A stretch of DNA of 64,000 nt, from the NCBI GenBank assembly GCA_019192445.1, contig JAHCMK010000006.1:91246-155245 (forward strand), given 5' to 3'. This stretch comes from Oceanococcus sp. HetDA_MAG_MS8. GTDB lineage: Bacteria > Pseudomonadota > Gammaproteobacteria > Nevskiales > Oceanococcaceae. The notes under the pieces are model-generated. The model did not search any database and was not told the DNA's origin. It worked only from the letters and a program-made list of their open reading frames with translations. This document shows, piece by piece, positions 26,882-37,215 of this stretch (position 1 is its first letter; each line of letters starts with the position of its first letter). The position numbers and the translations under genes were made by a program.

Positions 26882-27460
26882 ATGCTCTTAAAAATTTATG
26901 CCCTCACTATGGTGGCCGCTGCATGCTTTTGGAGCTACAGCGAGATTTTGGAAGCGCAGGAGATGCTTGCCTGGCGCCAGCCGGCAACCGCTCCTCATCC
27001 CATGCAGCTCTCGCCGCTACTAGATGGGCGCCGAATGGCAAATGTAAGCAGGGAAGCGCTTTACACCAGACTTGATCTTGCGGTTCAGGCGCTGGAAGTC
27101 GCGCTGCAATCGGACCCACTGAATCCAGACCTGTGGAGTCTACTCTCGCAAGGATATTTTTACTCCGGCCTGCTTGATCAAGGCAGTATGGCCAGCGAGC
27201 GGGCACTGCAACTCGCTGCGGGCAATAGGATTATCGCCTTGGAACAAGGCGTAGTCGCAGCCGACTTCTTCACAACGGTGAACTCCAGCACTCGGCGGCT
27301 ATGGTCGCAGAATGTGAGCCGCTTGCAGGATGAAGTACCCAATCCATTCCTGCTGCGGCTGATTGGTACCAAAAGGCTAGGGAAGGCTTGTCAGCACTTT
27401 CCTCCGCACGCCAACTTTGCCAAGGCATGTGCAAGAGTACAACGAGAGCTTTCTAAATGA
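26882..27460 (+). CDS. hypothetical membrane-anchored helical protein
   Basis: 192 aa. One N-terminal hydrophobic segment (IYALTMVAAACFW), with the remainder helical/TPR-like (DPLNPDLWSLLSQGYFYSGLLDQ). The stop overlaps the start of the next gene (ATGA). Confidence 0.45.
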   Translation: MLLKIYALTMVAAACFWSYSEILEAQEMLAWRQPATAPHPMQLSPLLDGRRMANVSREALYTRLDLAVQALEVALQSDPLNPDLWSLLSQGYFYSGLLDQGSMASERALQLAAGNRIIALEQGVVAADFFTTVNSSTRRLWSQNVSRLQDEVPNPFLLRLIGTKRLGKACQHFPPHANFAKACARVQRELSK

Positions 27461-28917
27461 GTCGGCGTGTACAACACAGCTGGGCACTTGGAATGTTGGC
27501 ACTGATCATCCTGAGCCTGTCCCGAGGGGGAATGACAGACGCCTCGCAATGTGGCGCAATGATCTTATGCGCTCTTAGCCTCCTGATATGCCCGCGGCCA
27601 CAAAGGGGGTCAATCGACCCCTGGCTTACAATCGCCCACCTTTGCTGGGCCATATGGCTTGCTTGGCAGGTCACCACACTTGTCCCCCTTACAGACGCAT
27701 GGCTTCGCACACTGTCACCGTTCAGTTATCAAGCCTGGCTTGACCTCGGCACACGGGTTACATCGGATAATCCATGGAACAGCATCAGCGTGCGACCCAC
27801 TGAGAGCATGCGGTATTTGCTTTTGTCTGCCAGTTATTATTGCCTCTGGACATCATTCAACTGGCAGCTTAGACAAAGCCCGCAAGTTCTCAGGTGGACA
27901 CTGACGGCAATATCCGTCTTGGGTTTGTTTCATGCCGTCTACGGCACTTTGGCGCATAGCGGGGTGGTTAGCTGGAATTTATTAGAGCCAGCAGGCTACG
28001 TCCACAGCCATTCCGCCCACGGTACATTCGCGAACCGCAACCACTACGCTGCATTTCTAACTCTCTGTGCCTCAGCAACGATCGCAGCGATGCTGGGCAA
28101 CCGACGGCATGACCGCTCTAGCAGTCGGTCTCTAGTCCGCTCAGCCCTGGACTTTCTCAATCAACCCAGCTGGCTATTTCGAGTCGTGTTACTCACCATT
28201 GTCATTGGAATCGTCCTATCACGGTCCCGCATGGGGAATACGTCGTTCGCGATCGCAGCGGGCGTGTTCGGCCTCGCCTGGCTCTTACAAACCACGACCG
28301 TAAAAGAGTTTGTCCGCGTCGGCCTTATCTTCACCAGCATCATTGTCGTTGACATACTAATAATCAGTGACAAGTTCGGACTAGATGTTGTCGTACAGCG
28401 GCTGGAGTCCACGCAACTCGACTCCAGCAATCGTGCGCAAGTGCGAGAAGTCAATCGTGAACTCCTTGCCCGAGCTCCATGGACTGGCACCGGATTAGGC
28501 AGCTATTTTGTCCTCGAGCAAGCAGAACTCAAGCGCTTTGAAGACTGGTTATATATCTACGCTCATGACGACCACACCCAGCTCAGGCTTGAGGCCGGCT
28601 TGCCCGGATATGTGGTCTTAAATTTACTCGTCCTGTGCCATCTCGGCATGGCCGCACGCACATTACGCTCGCGAAGACGGGTCTACAGGGCATCGTCTGC
28701 GGCAACCTTCATGGTGGTCACTGCAGCAGCCATTCATTCCACTGTTGAGTTCAATGCATACATTCCCGCTTGGGCCGCACTGTTCGTTGTAATTCTTGCA
28801 TTGACAACTGCGCCCCCGTCACGGAGAAGATCAAGACGGCCAAATAAAACCATAGACTATAGTGAGGGGGTCCAGCGGCGCGTAATGCCTAAGCCGGCTT
28901 TTGGAACACCAGGATAA
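27457..28917 (+). CDS. Wzy_C (O-antigen ligase/polymerase) family membrane protein
   Basis: 486 aa, polytopic. Family landmarks LSRSRMGNTSFAIA, PWTGTGLGSY and YAHDDHTQLRLEAGLPG (cf. H.HN.YLQ...E.G). Confidence 0.8.
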   Translation: MSRRVQHSWALGMLALIILSLSRGGMTDASQCGAMILCALSLLICPRPQRGSIDPWLTIAHLCWAIWLAWQVTTLVPLTDAWLRTLSPFSYQAWLDLGTRVTSDNPWNSISVRPTESMRYLLLSASYYCLWTSFNWQLRQSPQVLRWTLTAISVLGLFHAVYGTLAHSGVVSWNLLEPAGYVHSHSAHGTFANRNHYAAFLTLCASATIAAMLGNRRHDRSSSRSLVRSALDFLNQPSWLFRVVLLTIVIGIVLSRSRMGNTSFAIAAGVFGLAWLLQTTTVKEFVRVGLIFTSIIVVDILIISDKFGLDVVVQRLESTQLDSSNRAQVREVNRELLARAPWTGTGLGSYFVLEQAELKRFEDWLYIYAHDDHTQLRLEAGLPGYVVLNLLVLCHLGMAARTLRSRRRVYRASSAATFMVVTAAAIHSTVEFNAYIPAWAALFVVILALTTAPPSRRRSRRPNKTIDYSEGVQRRVMPKPAFGTPG

Positions 28918-30358
28918 TGGTTCTCAAAAGAATCCTCATATCCAGCGCTATCGACCAATGTTCGATGTACCACAGGTCAAATTCAAGCCGCCGCTTCATC
29001 TGCTCTGAGCTCCGCACTGGCCCACGGTGACCATTGATTTGGGCGAGCCCGGTCATTCCCGGCAGCACGCGATGCCTGAGCCTGTAACTAGAATCCAAAT
29101 CTGCAGCGGCCTGGTTCATACTCGACTCATGTGGCCGGGGTCCAACGAGGCTCATTTCTCCTCGGATGACGTTCAGTAGCTGCGGTAGCTCATCGAGCGA
29201 CCAGCGACGAAGAAACTCCCCGACTCGCGTGAACCTCGGATCGTTTGGCCGAACCTGACGCATTCTCGTAGCCTCAGGAGCATACCTGAGGGTTCTGAAT
29301 TTAATGATGGAGAAGATTCGGCCATTAACTCCATGGCGATTCTGGCGGAAGAATATTGGCCCAGGACTATCCAAACGAACGGCGATAGCAATCATGATCA
29401 GAATAGGAGAAAGCGCGATGACTCCTAGTGCGGCGCAACACCGATCAAAAACAAGCTTGAATAATCCTCTCAGGCCACGTGCGGGCTGAGGACTCAAGCC
29501 AATAACAACTTGAGTCCCGACATGCTGAATGGCATCGGATAGCACCGTGTAACCGTCTAAGTTGGGAATAAAGCAAACATCGAATAATTCCAAGTGGCTA
29601 GAGTAAAAAAGGTGCTGGAGAACAGTATCTGTAGAAGGTGATTGGAGCACCCAAACTTCGTCGACAGCGTCTACGAAGTCTTTGTTGAGTTTGGAAACCG
29701 CCTGCTCTGCTGTGCCTGAGGACGACAGTCCCGCGACTCGCGAAGCAGGCCCGAAATACGCCACAAAAACGACTTCTTCACCCACGCGTTCGCTAACTTG
29801 AGCGATGACGCTGCGAGCATGGGTAGCTTCGCCTATAAGAGCTACTCGGCGTACTCCCACGCCTTGGCTCAGCAGCCATCTACGGCAGTAAACCAGCAGT
29901 CCCCTAAGGCCCAAAAATCCGAAACATGCACTCAAATACCAAGTGCCCATCCAAAGACGGGAAAATTGAGCAGAGACCTTGAACATCACGGTTAGCACTA
30001 GGGCTGCCGCGAACAGAAGCGACCATCCCACAAGTGCGGTCGTAACTATTCGGTAATCTTGAGCCAAGCCACCAACGTGATATCCACCAAAAACGAAAAT
30101 ACACAGCGGGCTCGCCAACCCCACTAGCGTAATCAGTACGCTGTATTGATCGCGCCCAAGGAGAGCGTGGTCGTGTACAAACTGACCGAGTAGCCAGCTG
30201 CCCGCATAGCCCGTGGCGACCACCATGAGTACGTCCAAAGCGGCTAGGCCAAACATCATCCCTACAATGAACTGTTCGTAACCACTGCGGCTGTTGCGCC
30301 GCCCAAGCGTTTGCGAGCTACGCCCAAAGTTCTCAATTGCCTCTTTGTGGCTAGTCAT
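28889..30358 (-). CDS. polyprenyl-phosphate hexose-1-phosphate transferase (WbaP/large PGT, bacterial sugar transferase)
   Basis: 489 aa. 4-5 N-terminal TM segments and a central domain. The C-terminal catalytic domain carries [49 protein letters not shown] and GMTGLAQ. Confidence 0.9.
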   Translation of the reverse strand: MTSHKEAIENFGRSSQTLGRRNSRSGYEQFIVGMMFGLAALDVLMVVATGYAGSWLLGQFVHDHALLGRDQYSVLITLVGLASPLCIFVFGGYHVGGLAQDYRIVTTALVGWSLLFAAALVLTVMFKVSAQFSRLWMGTWYLSACFGFLGLRGLLVYCRRWLLSQGVGVRRVALIGEATHARSVIAQVSERVGEEVVFVAYFGPASRVAGLSSSGTAEQAVSKLNKDFVDAVDEVWVLQSPSTDTVLQHLFYSSHLELFDVCFIPNLDGYTVLSDAIQHVGTQVVIGLSPQPARGLRGLFKLVFDRCCAALGVIALSPILIMIAIAVRLDSPGPIFFRQNRHGVNGRIFSIIKFRTLRYAPEATRMRQVRPNDPRFTRVGEFLRRWSLDELPQLLNVIRGEMSLVGPRPHESSMNQAAADLDSSYRLRHRVLPGMTGLAQINGHRGPVRSSEQMKRRLEFDLWYIEHWSIALDMRILLRTIILVFQKPA

Positions 30359-31049
30359 TGCTATGACCCATTGACACTAAGGACAAATAGCCGAGAAAGT
30401 TTGGCGTGTCATAAGGGACCTTTACCTGCGGATTTGATATCAGGGTTGACTCGTGCACAAGAGGGGCGAGTCCTATCGGCGATAGCGCTATTTGCGTAGT
30501 TGGCGACCTCACAACACCGAGATAGACCCGTCCAAGTGAGCGGCACTCGACAAGAACGCTTTAGCGACCGAAGACCCAAGACACTCACGGGAAGAATGAC
30601 GAAGAGACACGCATGTGATCCCTGTGCCTTGACTATGTCTATGCCTGCCTTAGTCACGAACGGAAACTTCTCCGCTGGCCTGGAAGTACCTAGACCAGAC
30701 CCAATGTTCGGATGGGGCACCATGGCCATCTCCGACACCCCTCTCCCACTAGTTCAAAACTTTCACTTAAGTCTAGCTCTTTTGACAATGCAAGGGTGCA
30801 TGCGCAATAGCGTGACCATCTTCCTGTGACTGGGCTATCCAGTGCTATGACAACAGTACTCGGGGGTTCGAGCACCTGCCTAACGTTTTTGACTTCAATG
30901 CTGAAGTGCATTTTTCCGGCGAGTACGCGAGCACTTTGCACTCAACACGCGGTGACAACCCACTCTGTTAAACAGCTTCCTCACCAGTGAGGATCAACGT
31001 AATCAACACCACGGCGAATATTGATGCTAAAGCGTCGCAGAATCAGCAA

Positions 31050-31763
31050 TCAACTCGGTGAGTGGCGAAGTACGAAGAATACCTGTGAGTTAAGCACGCC
31101 ATGAAACCATGGAAATGGTGAAAATTGAGTGTCGATCACCGAGAACCCGCTGGCTTCGAACTTTGGCCTTAAGCTCTTATGCGAAAACCCGATATGGCTC
31201 GGAATATAGCTACAGTTTGCAGGCCCTGGAAATCGCCCCACCGGCATATTGAGAGCGGACTTCAGTATATTCGGCCACGTCCCCCCGTGATGTGGTTTTC
31301 GGAGCATCTTTCGTATGCAGTTCTTCAGCAATCCACTCACGCCAGTTTCAATGGGTACCGAAATGATGAGGACACCCGTCGGCGATAACAAGGATTGTAG
31401 TTCTTCCAGTGACCGCAAAAGTATGCGCTCGGGCAAGTGCTCCAACACTTCTAAGCAGAAGATCAGGTCATACTTCGCCACGCCCAAGTTCGAGTATTGC
31501 CGCTCGGCGATGATCCTTCCGCCAGAGATCTCGTCGAGCGCATTTTGCCTGAGCTGTTCGTGCATGTGCCCCAATGGCTCATAAGCGGTGACTTGTGGGG
31601 CTTTGCTCAGTAAACGCTTAGCAAAATGTCCGTCACCAGCCCCGTAATCTAGCACCTCCAAACCCTTGTAGCGGGTTGCCAGTGCAAGAGCCGTCTCAAA
31701 TCGAGTGTTGTGAGCATGCCGCTTGACCCAAGAGCCGCTCTGCGTTGTTATCTTGCTGTACAT
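31050..31763 (-). CDS. class I SAM-dependent methyltransferase
   Basis: 237 aa. Motif I VLDYGAGDGHFAKRL, post-I AYEP and motif II/III DLIFCLEVLEHLPE. Confidence 0.75.
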   Translation of the reverse strand: MYSKITTQSGSWVKRHAHNTRFETALALATRYKGLEVLDYGAGDGHFAKRLLSKAPQVTAYEPLGHMHEQLRQNALDEISGGRIIAERQYSNLGVAKYDLIFCLEVLEHLPERILLRSLEELQSLLSPTGVLIISVPIETGVSGLLKNCIRKMLRKPHHGGTWPNILKSALNMPVGRFPGPANCSYIPSHIGFSHKSLRPKFEASGFSVIDTQFSPFPWFHGVLNSQVFFVLRHSPS

Positions 31764-32266
31764 CCTGGCACCAAAGGTTTGTTCGCTCGAGGTTCACACG
31801 TTCCGCGAAAACGAAGTTGCCGCCAGCACGGTCAAAGACATAGACACGTGACCACCCAAGATGTTGTCTGCATCATGGCGCCTCCTTCCCCAACATTGTC
31901 GCGGCTCAAGCGCAACTATAAGACAATCAGCAATTTAGAACGCCGCCATAATCTGCAGACGTGGTCTTGTTCCCGAAGGAGCCACCACAGATGTCATGGG
32001 ATTTTCATTCAACAGAGTGATCAGGAGTCTCAGCGTCTAGCATCGTTAAGGCTTAGACCAGCTCAGGTATGCCGGAAACCGTCAAAACAGTGAGCTCCTT
32101 CTACCGAGATTCTGGAGCATCGGTCGGCGCGTTCTACTAGTGGCGGAACCAGTTTGGGGGTCTACACGTCAACGCGGCCAAGCAGCCGCTTGCATTCCAG
32201 GCGATGAGTCTAGAGCTCAAGGTTTCGCCTTCCCCATTTCATGGGGCAGCGGCACTATGCATGCGT

Positions 32267-33109
32267 TTATCCGGCGAGCATCCATTCAAACTCGGTCCCC
32301 TTGAGGTAGCTAGCAACCTCGCCAAAATTCATGATCATTGACGACAGCGGAAAGGGATTGACTCTTCGCATGCGTAACTCATATCGCTCGGGCGAGATGC
32401 CCACATGCTCGCAGACCTTACGGTAAGCGCCTTCCACCCCTGGCTCTATGTCATTTTCAAAAACGAGCTGAAGCAATTGGCTTTGGGGGAGCGCCTCGAT
32501 CATATTTCGCTGAAATTCGAGGTACCACCGGAGTACAAAAAGAAGGTCTCCATTCCCAGGCCCACTGGGTGCCTCAATATCTACCTTGACACTGCGCGGC
32601 AGCTCCAGGGCACCGTCATGCGAAAGCTCTTTCCGACCTTGGTGATACACAAATAGACCAGAAACCAAGGCGCGCAGGGCATTTCGACGAGTAAGTAGGA
32701 TGTAGTGAGTGCAACCTAGTTTTTGCAAAAGCTGAACGTACTCTTGTGGCGTTTGAGGCACACAGCGAGAGCTGAAGTGCATGGCTTTTGTTTCAAACCC
32801 CATGACGCCGCTTGAGGCTGCGCAAACCGAACGCCGAATGACCTCTTCAACCCACGGCCGAGTTGGCTCAAAGCCAGGGCAATAGCTGCGAACTCCATCA
32901 AAGATCTCACCACTCCAGCGCACTTGTGAATGTTGCCGCAACACGTCGGCGAGAAGCGTACTTCCGCAGCGACCACTATGGAACATGGCCACCTGAGAAA
33001 TCTTCGGCGTCCCCCAGAGTCGTTGACGACAATTATTCGCGAACCGCAGGCGACGTAGATCGGCGCCCAGCCATGGCCCTATGTGTTTGGACATTCGGTG
33101 TAATGGCAC
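32267..33109 (-). CDS. sulfotransferase (NodH/Stf0-like)
   Basis: 280 aa. 5'-PSB-like loop FHSGRCGSTLLADVL and 3'-PB-like ILLTRRNALRALVS. Late FENDI segment as in NodH/Stf0-type enzymes. Confidence 0.65.
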   Translation of the reverse strand: MPLHRMSKHIGPWLGADLRRLRFANNCRQRLWGTPKISQVAMFHSGRCGSTLLADVLRQHSQVRWSGEIFDGVRSYCPGFEPTRPWVEEVIRRSVCAASSGVMGFETKAMHFSSRCVPQTPQEYVQLLQKLGCTHYILLTRRNALRALVSGLFVYHQGRKELSHDGALELPRSVKVDIEAPSGPGNGDLLFVLRWYLEFQRNMIEALPQSQLLQLVFENDIEPGVEGAYRKVCEHVGISPERYELRMRRVNPFPLSSMIMNFGEVASYLKGTEFEWMLAG

Positions 33110-33170
33110 TAGTGCGTCGATTCCAATCTGGATGTTTTCGGTGGAGAAGAGATTCTCGAAGCAGAATAAG

Positions 33171-34430
33171 TTAAGGCGTCTGCAGTGACTTCAGGCTCAT
33201 GAGAAAGTCGCCCAGAATCCTATCAATATTTAAGTTTTCCTCGGCGTACGCGCGCGCACGCGATCCAAGCCGTAACCGCAGGCTAGCCGAGGCGGCAAGG
33301 TCTTGGATGGCGCGCACCAAAGCTTGTTGATCTTCTGGGGGCACGCAAACGCCCCCACCAGACTTGGAGATAGTTTCCGCAAGGGCTGTGCCCGCTTCTG
33401 CAGTCACAATACTGGGTCTAGCCGCCGCAAAAATATTGGCCAGTTTGGATGGCATAACTAGATCTGCTGCGGCACGCTGCTGAAGAACAACATGTATGTC
33501 TGCAGCCGCTAGTATGGAAGGAAGCTGCTCTCTTGGCTGTAACGGGAAGAACTTAACATTGGTCACTCCGAGGTCACTGGCTTGCGCCTCGAGGCTTGCT
33601 CTCGCCGCGCCTTCACCAATCATCACGAAAGTAATGCGTGCATCGTTCTGTAGAGCCTGAGCAGCTTCTAGCAGCCCACCAAGGCCTTGCTTAAAACCCA
33701 TATTCCCCGCGTACAGCACAAGTACTTGATCTGAACGGACCCCTAACCTACTGCGCACCTTGGTGCCATCCTCTTGCGAAGAGATTTCTTGCAGGTCCGC
33801 CCAGTTGGGAACCAACAAACATTGTTGTTGGCTCACGCCCTTTGCGACGATCTTATTGAGCATGGCTGGACTCACTGTTGACACCAGTGCAGCCCTCTGA
33901 AGCAGCTTCTCCTCCAGGAAAAACAGCAGTCGCCGTAGACGCCTACCGCTAAGCATACCGAGTTGAAGAGCGGCATCAGCCTGCAAATCTTGGACATGAG
34001 CCACTCGTGGAACATTCCGTAGCGCGCAGTACAGCCACGGCCAAATCATTGCTTGCAGAGGCGGAACAACGACGACCATAGCGTCTGGCTTAGCTCGAAT
34101 AAACAGCCGCCGGAGCCAATACATTACGCCGCGCAAATTGAAGCTCGTTTCCAGGGCAATTCGGCCCTTTGCCCCAAGGTTATGCTCGCGAGGAATATAG
34201 TGCGGAATCCTTTCAACAGGAACACCGTCAACTGTCTCGCACAGGACTCTCCAGGGGGATACTCGCCCCTCATACGCCGGATCGAGGCGCCATGCCGGGT
34301 AATGGGGAAACCCACAAACAACGGTCACCTGCAACCCTCTTTGCACAAACCAACGGGCCATATCAGCGGTGAATTTCCCAATGCCGGTCGGCTCGGGGGC
34401 ATAGTTCAAGCTGAGGATTTCAATCCGCAT
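33171..34430 (-). CDS. GT4 glycosyltransferase (WcaI-like)
   Basis: Start taken at MRIEILSLNYAPEPTGIGKFTADMARWFVQRGLQVTVVCGFPHYPAW, the WcaI-type N-terminus. The C-terminal GT-B domain follows. The track ORF extends 22 codons further upstream. Confidence 0.8.
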   Translation of the reverse strand: MRIEILSLNYAPEPTGIGKFTADMARWFVQRGLQVTVVCGFPHYPAWRLDPAYEGRVSPWRVLCETVDGVPVERIPHYIPREHNLGAKGRIALETSFNLRGVMYWLRRLFIRAKPDAMVVVVPPLQAMIWPWLYCALRNVPRVAHVQDLQADAALQLGMLSGRRLRRLLFFLEEKLLQRAALVSTVSPAMLNKIVAKGVSQQQCLLVPNWADLQEISSQEDGTKVRSRLGVRSDQVLVLYAGNMGFKQGLGGLLEAAQALQNDARITFVMIGEGAARASLEAQASDLGVTNVKFFPLQPREQLPSILAAADIHVVLQQRAAADLVMPSKLANIFAAARPSIVTAEAGTALAETISKSGGGVCVPPEDQQALVRAIQDLAASASLRLRLGSRARAYAEENLNIDRILGDFLMSLKSLQTP

Positions 34431-34473
34431 TCGCCCCTCAGTTTTCTTTGGTCTTCCGTCACCCAGAGAGCTG

Positions 34474-35331
34474 TCAGACATAGCCCAAGTAGCCATCTAC
34501 GCCATTAGCTAACATCTGATATTTTTCAACCTGATCAAATGCGAGCCAGTTTCCAGTTTCCCGCATCCCAGGCGGCTGGAACACTAAGTGGCCAGGCTGG
34601 AAAAACCCAAAATGGGGTATGTTGAAGTAGTAGGCCAAATGCACGAAAAAACTATCCGGCCCGATATAAAGATCACCAGCAAGCAGTGCCTGCACGGCAT
34701 CGGCTAGCTTAGGCTTGGCTAGGTATGTGTCGACTCGCCCGGAGTACTGCAAATACTGACCACAAGGGTCGATAAGAGTTATTTTCCAGCACCGCTCTTT
34801 AGCGAGAAGCACGACGTTATCAATGACTTTGGAGGACAACCATCGTTCGCGATAACGTGCACAGGGGTTGATGACGACTCGACGCACCGAATGCTGCGGT
34901 AACCGCAATGAAGGCCACGGGCACTGAACGCCCAGCAAACTCTCCAGCAGTATGCGGCGGTCTTCGTACACACTTCTCCCTGTGGGTGTGTAACAACCTT
35001 GACGCCCAGGCCAGACCAAGAGCCGATTACGAATACCATCACGTTCAAACACAAGCATATCGCCAGGATTGGTTTGACGCCCCAATCGCCACCACGCCAA
35101 CCCTAAGTCCCTTACAGCCGCGAGCACCCCTCGCTCTTTAACGGTATTGAAAGCCGCCTTATCTGGAAGAATAGAGTGAATGGGCAATGGAAAACGCATC
35201 TGCTCAGAGACTTGCCGCGTCAGACCAGTTCCTATGATATTAAATTGAGCTCCCTGCTCACGCGCGCGCTCCAAGACTGACAATGTGATCAGTGCATCGC
35301 CAAAAGCCATGAGCGTAACGATGTGAATCAT
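34474..35331 (-). CDS. GT9-like glycosyltransferase (heptosyltransferase fold)
   Basis: 285 aa. MIHIVTLMAFGDALITLSVL (cf. GT9 ALGD) and C-terminal GPDSFFVHLAYYFNIPHFGFF (cf. DSGPMHLAAALG.P). Divergent, so the family call is tentative. Confidence 0.5.
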   Translation of the reverse strand: MIHIVTLMAFGDALITLSVLERAREQGAQFNIIGTGLTRQVSEQMRFPLPIHSILPDKAAFNTVKERGVLAAVRDLGLAWWRLGRQTNPGDMLVFERDGIRNRLLVWPGRQGCYTPTGRSVYEDRRILLESLLGVQCPWPSLRLPQHSVRRVVINPCARYRERWLSSKVIDNVVLLAKERCWKITLIDPCGQYLQYSGRVDTYLAKPKLADAVQALLAGDLYIGPDSFFVHLAYYFNIPHFGFFQPGHLVFQPPGMRETGNWLAFDQVEKYQMLANGVDGYLGYV

Positions 35332-36029
35332 ACTGATTCGCTAGCGTAGCGGCGGAATACGATAATTGTTTCAAAGCCATACAGCGACCAAATGAAGCTG
35401 TTGACACGCATAGCCCCCCCACAAAGTCTTCGCGGAAGTTGAATTACCCAGTGCGCCAGTCCCAGGCAAGCGTACACAGGATGCCTGTAGCGCAAATGAA
35501 CCGACTCTGGAGTCAAGTGCGCCTGTTCCAATTCCCGATAAACTTCGGCGGCGCTGATCACATGACGATGTGTAGGATCATCGTAGAAATTCAAAGTGCC
35601 CTCGGCTGATGGAAAATGCACGCTCGCCTTGGTCGGGAATGATGCGTAGATCACGCCGTTCGTCGACAGGCATTCAGAAACCACTCGGAGCACACCCAGC
35701 GGATCATCGACATGCTCCAAGACATGCTGGAGGATGATCAGATCGAAGGTCCTCCCATCTAGGCTCTGCTTGAGTGCACTTGCGTAACGATCTTTAGGCA
35801 AGATAATGACCTCAGCAGCCATCTCGATATCGTGCGCGTTGAGGTGGAAATACTCTACGTCGACTCCGGTGTAGTGCACATCCGGCCTGAGTGACTTGAC
35901 CCGCGTAGGTGAGTGATTCCCGCAACCAATATCAAGAACTGCTGCGCCCCGTGGTGCGTCGAACAGCCATCGACAATGCGCGGGCCGCAACGCACGCAGT
36001 AAAAAGCGTCGCAAAGATCGTTTAACCAT
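35328..36029 (-). CDS. class I SAM-dependent methyltransferase
   Basis: Motif I VLDIGCGNHSP and DLIILQHVLEHVDDP. Start set at MVKRSLRRF (36029) to avoid a 74-nt overlap with the upstream GT2. Confidence 0.75.
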   Translation of the reverse strand: MVKRSLRRFLLRALRPAHCRWLFDAPRGAAVLDIGCGNHSPTRVKSLRPDVHYTGVDVEYFHLNAHDIEMAAEVIILPKDRYASALKQSLDGRTFDLIILQHVLEHVDDPLGVLRVVSECLSTNGVIYASFPTKASVHFPSAEGTLNFYDDPTHRHVISAAEVYRELEQAHLTPESVHLRYRHPVYACLGLAHWVIQLPRRLCGGAMRVNSFIWSLYGFETIIVFRRYASESV

Positions 36030-37017
36030 GTGTTCGACTGTCCGGTTCAAAGGCGCCCGCAGTTCGAGCACGCACAGATCGAGCGAGATTGACATAGGCG
36101 ACGAAGGCCCGTCTTCCAGCCCACGAAACCAACCAGTTCAACACACTGCGCGGATGCCCTGGCCTTGCGCTCCAAGCATGTTTGAACCACCGCCGCGCGG
36201 CCTTAGCACTACCCTCTTTGCATAGCGTCTGGCCGAGTAAGTTCGCGTAGTGAGAATACGCCATGGCCGAGGGACGGATAACTTCCGAATGACGAACAAG
36301 AATTCTCTGCAAGCTCGCCGCGTAACCGGCCTCGTCCGCCAAAAGGCTGTCAGCACTTTTGTGGTAGCGGACGAGGCGGGCAGGCAACCAAAGAACCTGA
36401 CCCTTCTTCGCCAGCTTTATGATGAATTCCCAGTCTTCAAAACGACTTAAATCCTCAGAAAAGCCACCCACAGACATTGCTGTGTCTCGTCTGACCATCC
36501 AGCAAGACGCCCCCGGTACACGCCACGGAATCCACGGGCCTAAATCGATTGGCGTCATTTCACCATGAGCCCTTCCGTAAGAGCGTGACTCATCTTGAGG
36601 GCACTCGCAGCCGCAGGCGATGGCAACGGCCTCTGGCCGCAGCTCAAAAGCGTCGTAGGTAAGACTGAGACGTCCTGGCATCCACTCGTCATCGCTATCT
36701 AGAAAAACCAACACCTCTGAATTTGCCGCATGAATCCCCATGTTCCGCGCTTTTGCGGGCCCCTCTCGACATGTCGTTGACATATAGCGGATGCGAGCGT
36801 CTTTCACCCCACGCACCAGCTCGGATGTCTCATCCGTGGATTGGTCGTCGATGATGAGGACTTCGTCATCAACACTCAGCTGCGGCAATACACTCGCAAG
36901 CGCCCGACGCAAAGCACGTGCCCGATTGTAAGTTGGGATAATGACGCTCAATCGAGCCTGACCACTAGCGTCTTCCATCGGGATGTCTGGGCTACCTTTG
37001 CTGGCGATTCCGGCCAA
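36022..37017 (-). CDS. GT2 glycosyltransferase
   Basis: LSVIIPTYNRARALRRALASVLPQ, IIDDQSTDET and FLDSDDEW (DxD). Confidence 0.85.
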   Translation of the reverse strand: MAGIASKGSPDIPMEDASGQARLSVIIPTYNRARALRRALASVLPQLSVDDEVLIIDDQSTDETSELVRGVKDARIRYMSTTCREGPAKARNMGIHAANSEVLVFLDSDDEWMPGRLSLTYDAFELRPEAVAIACGCECPQDESRSYGRAHGEMTPIDLGPWIPWRVPGASCWMVRRDTAMSVGGFSEDLSRFEDWEFIIKLAKKGQVLWLPARLVRYHKSADSLLADEAGYAASLQRILVRHSEVIRPSAMAYSHYANLLGQTLCKEGSAKAARRWFKHAWSARPGHPRSVLNWLVSWAGRRAFVAYVNLARSVRARTAGAFEPDSRTHG

Positions 37018-37215
37018 GCCTGAAAATAAGATTCTCTAGCCGACGTTAGAAGTGTATGTCATGGGTCGGCGGTTATGGGATCGCAGCCTATCACCCGAGG
37101 TATTAGGCTCTAACTCGTGACCGCCAGCTCAGCACTGATCATTGCGCAAATGCAGCCATTACCATTGGCTACGGGTTAATGTCCACGGCATATCGACAAC
37201 AAAGCCTCATCATCA

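Noticed and set aside
21754-30358. Possibility that the export module belongs to a PEP-CTERM/exosortase system
   Set aside because: No exosortase (EpsH/XrtA) gene is present in the window. The PT-repeat protein ends PPSPF, without a PEP motif, TM helix or Arg-rich tail. The association is not supported by what is visible.
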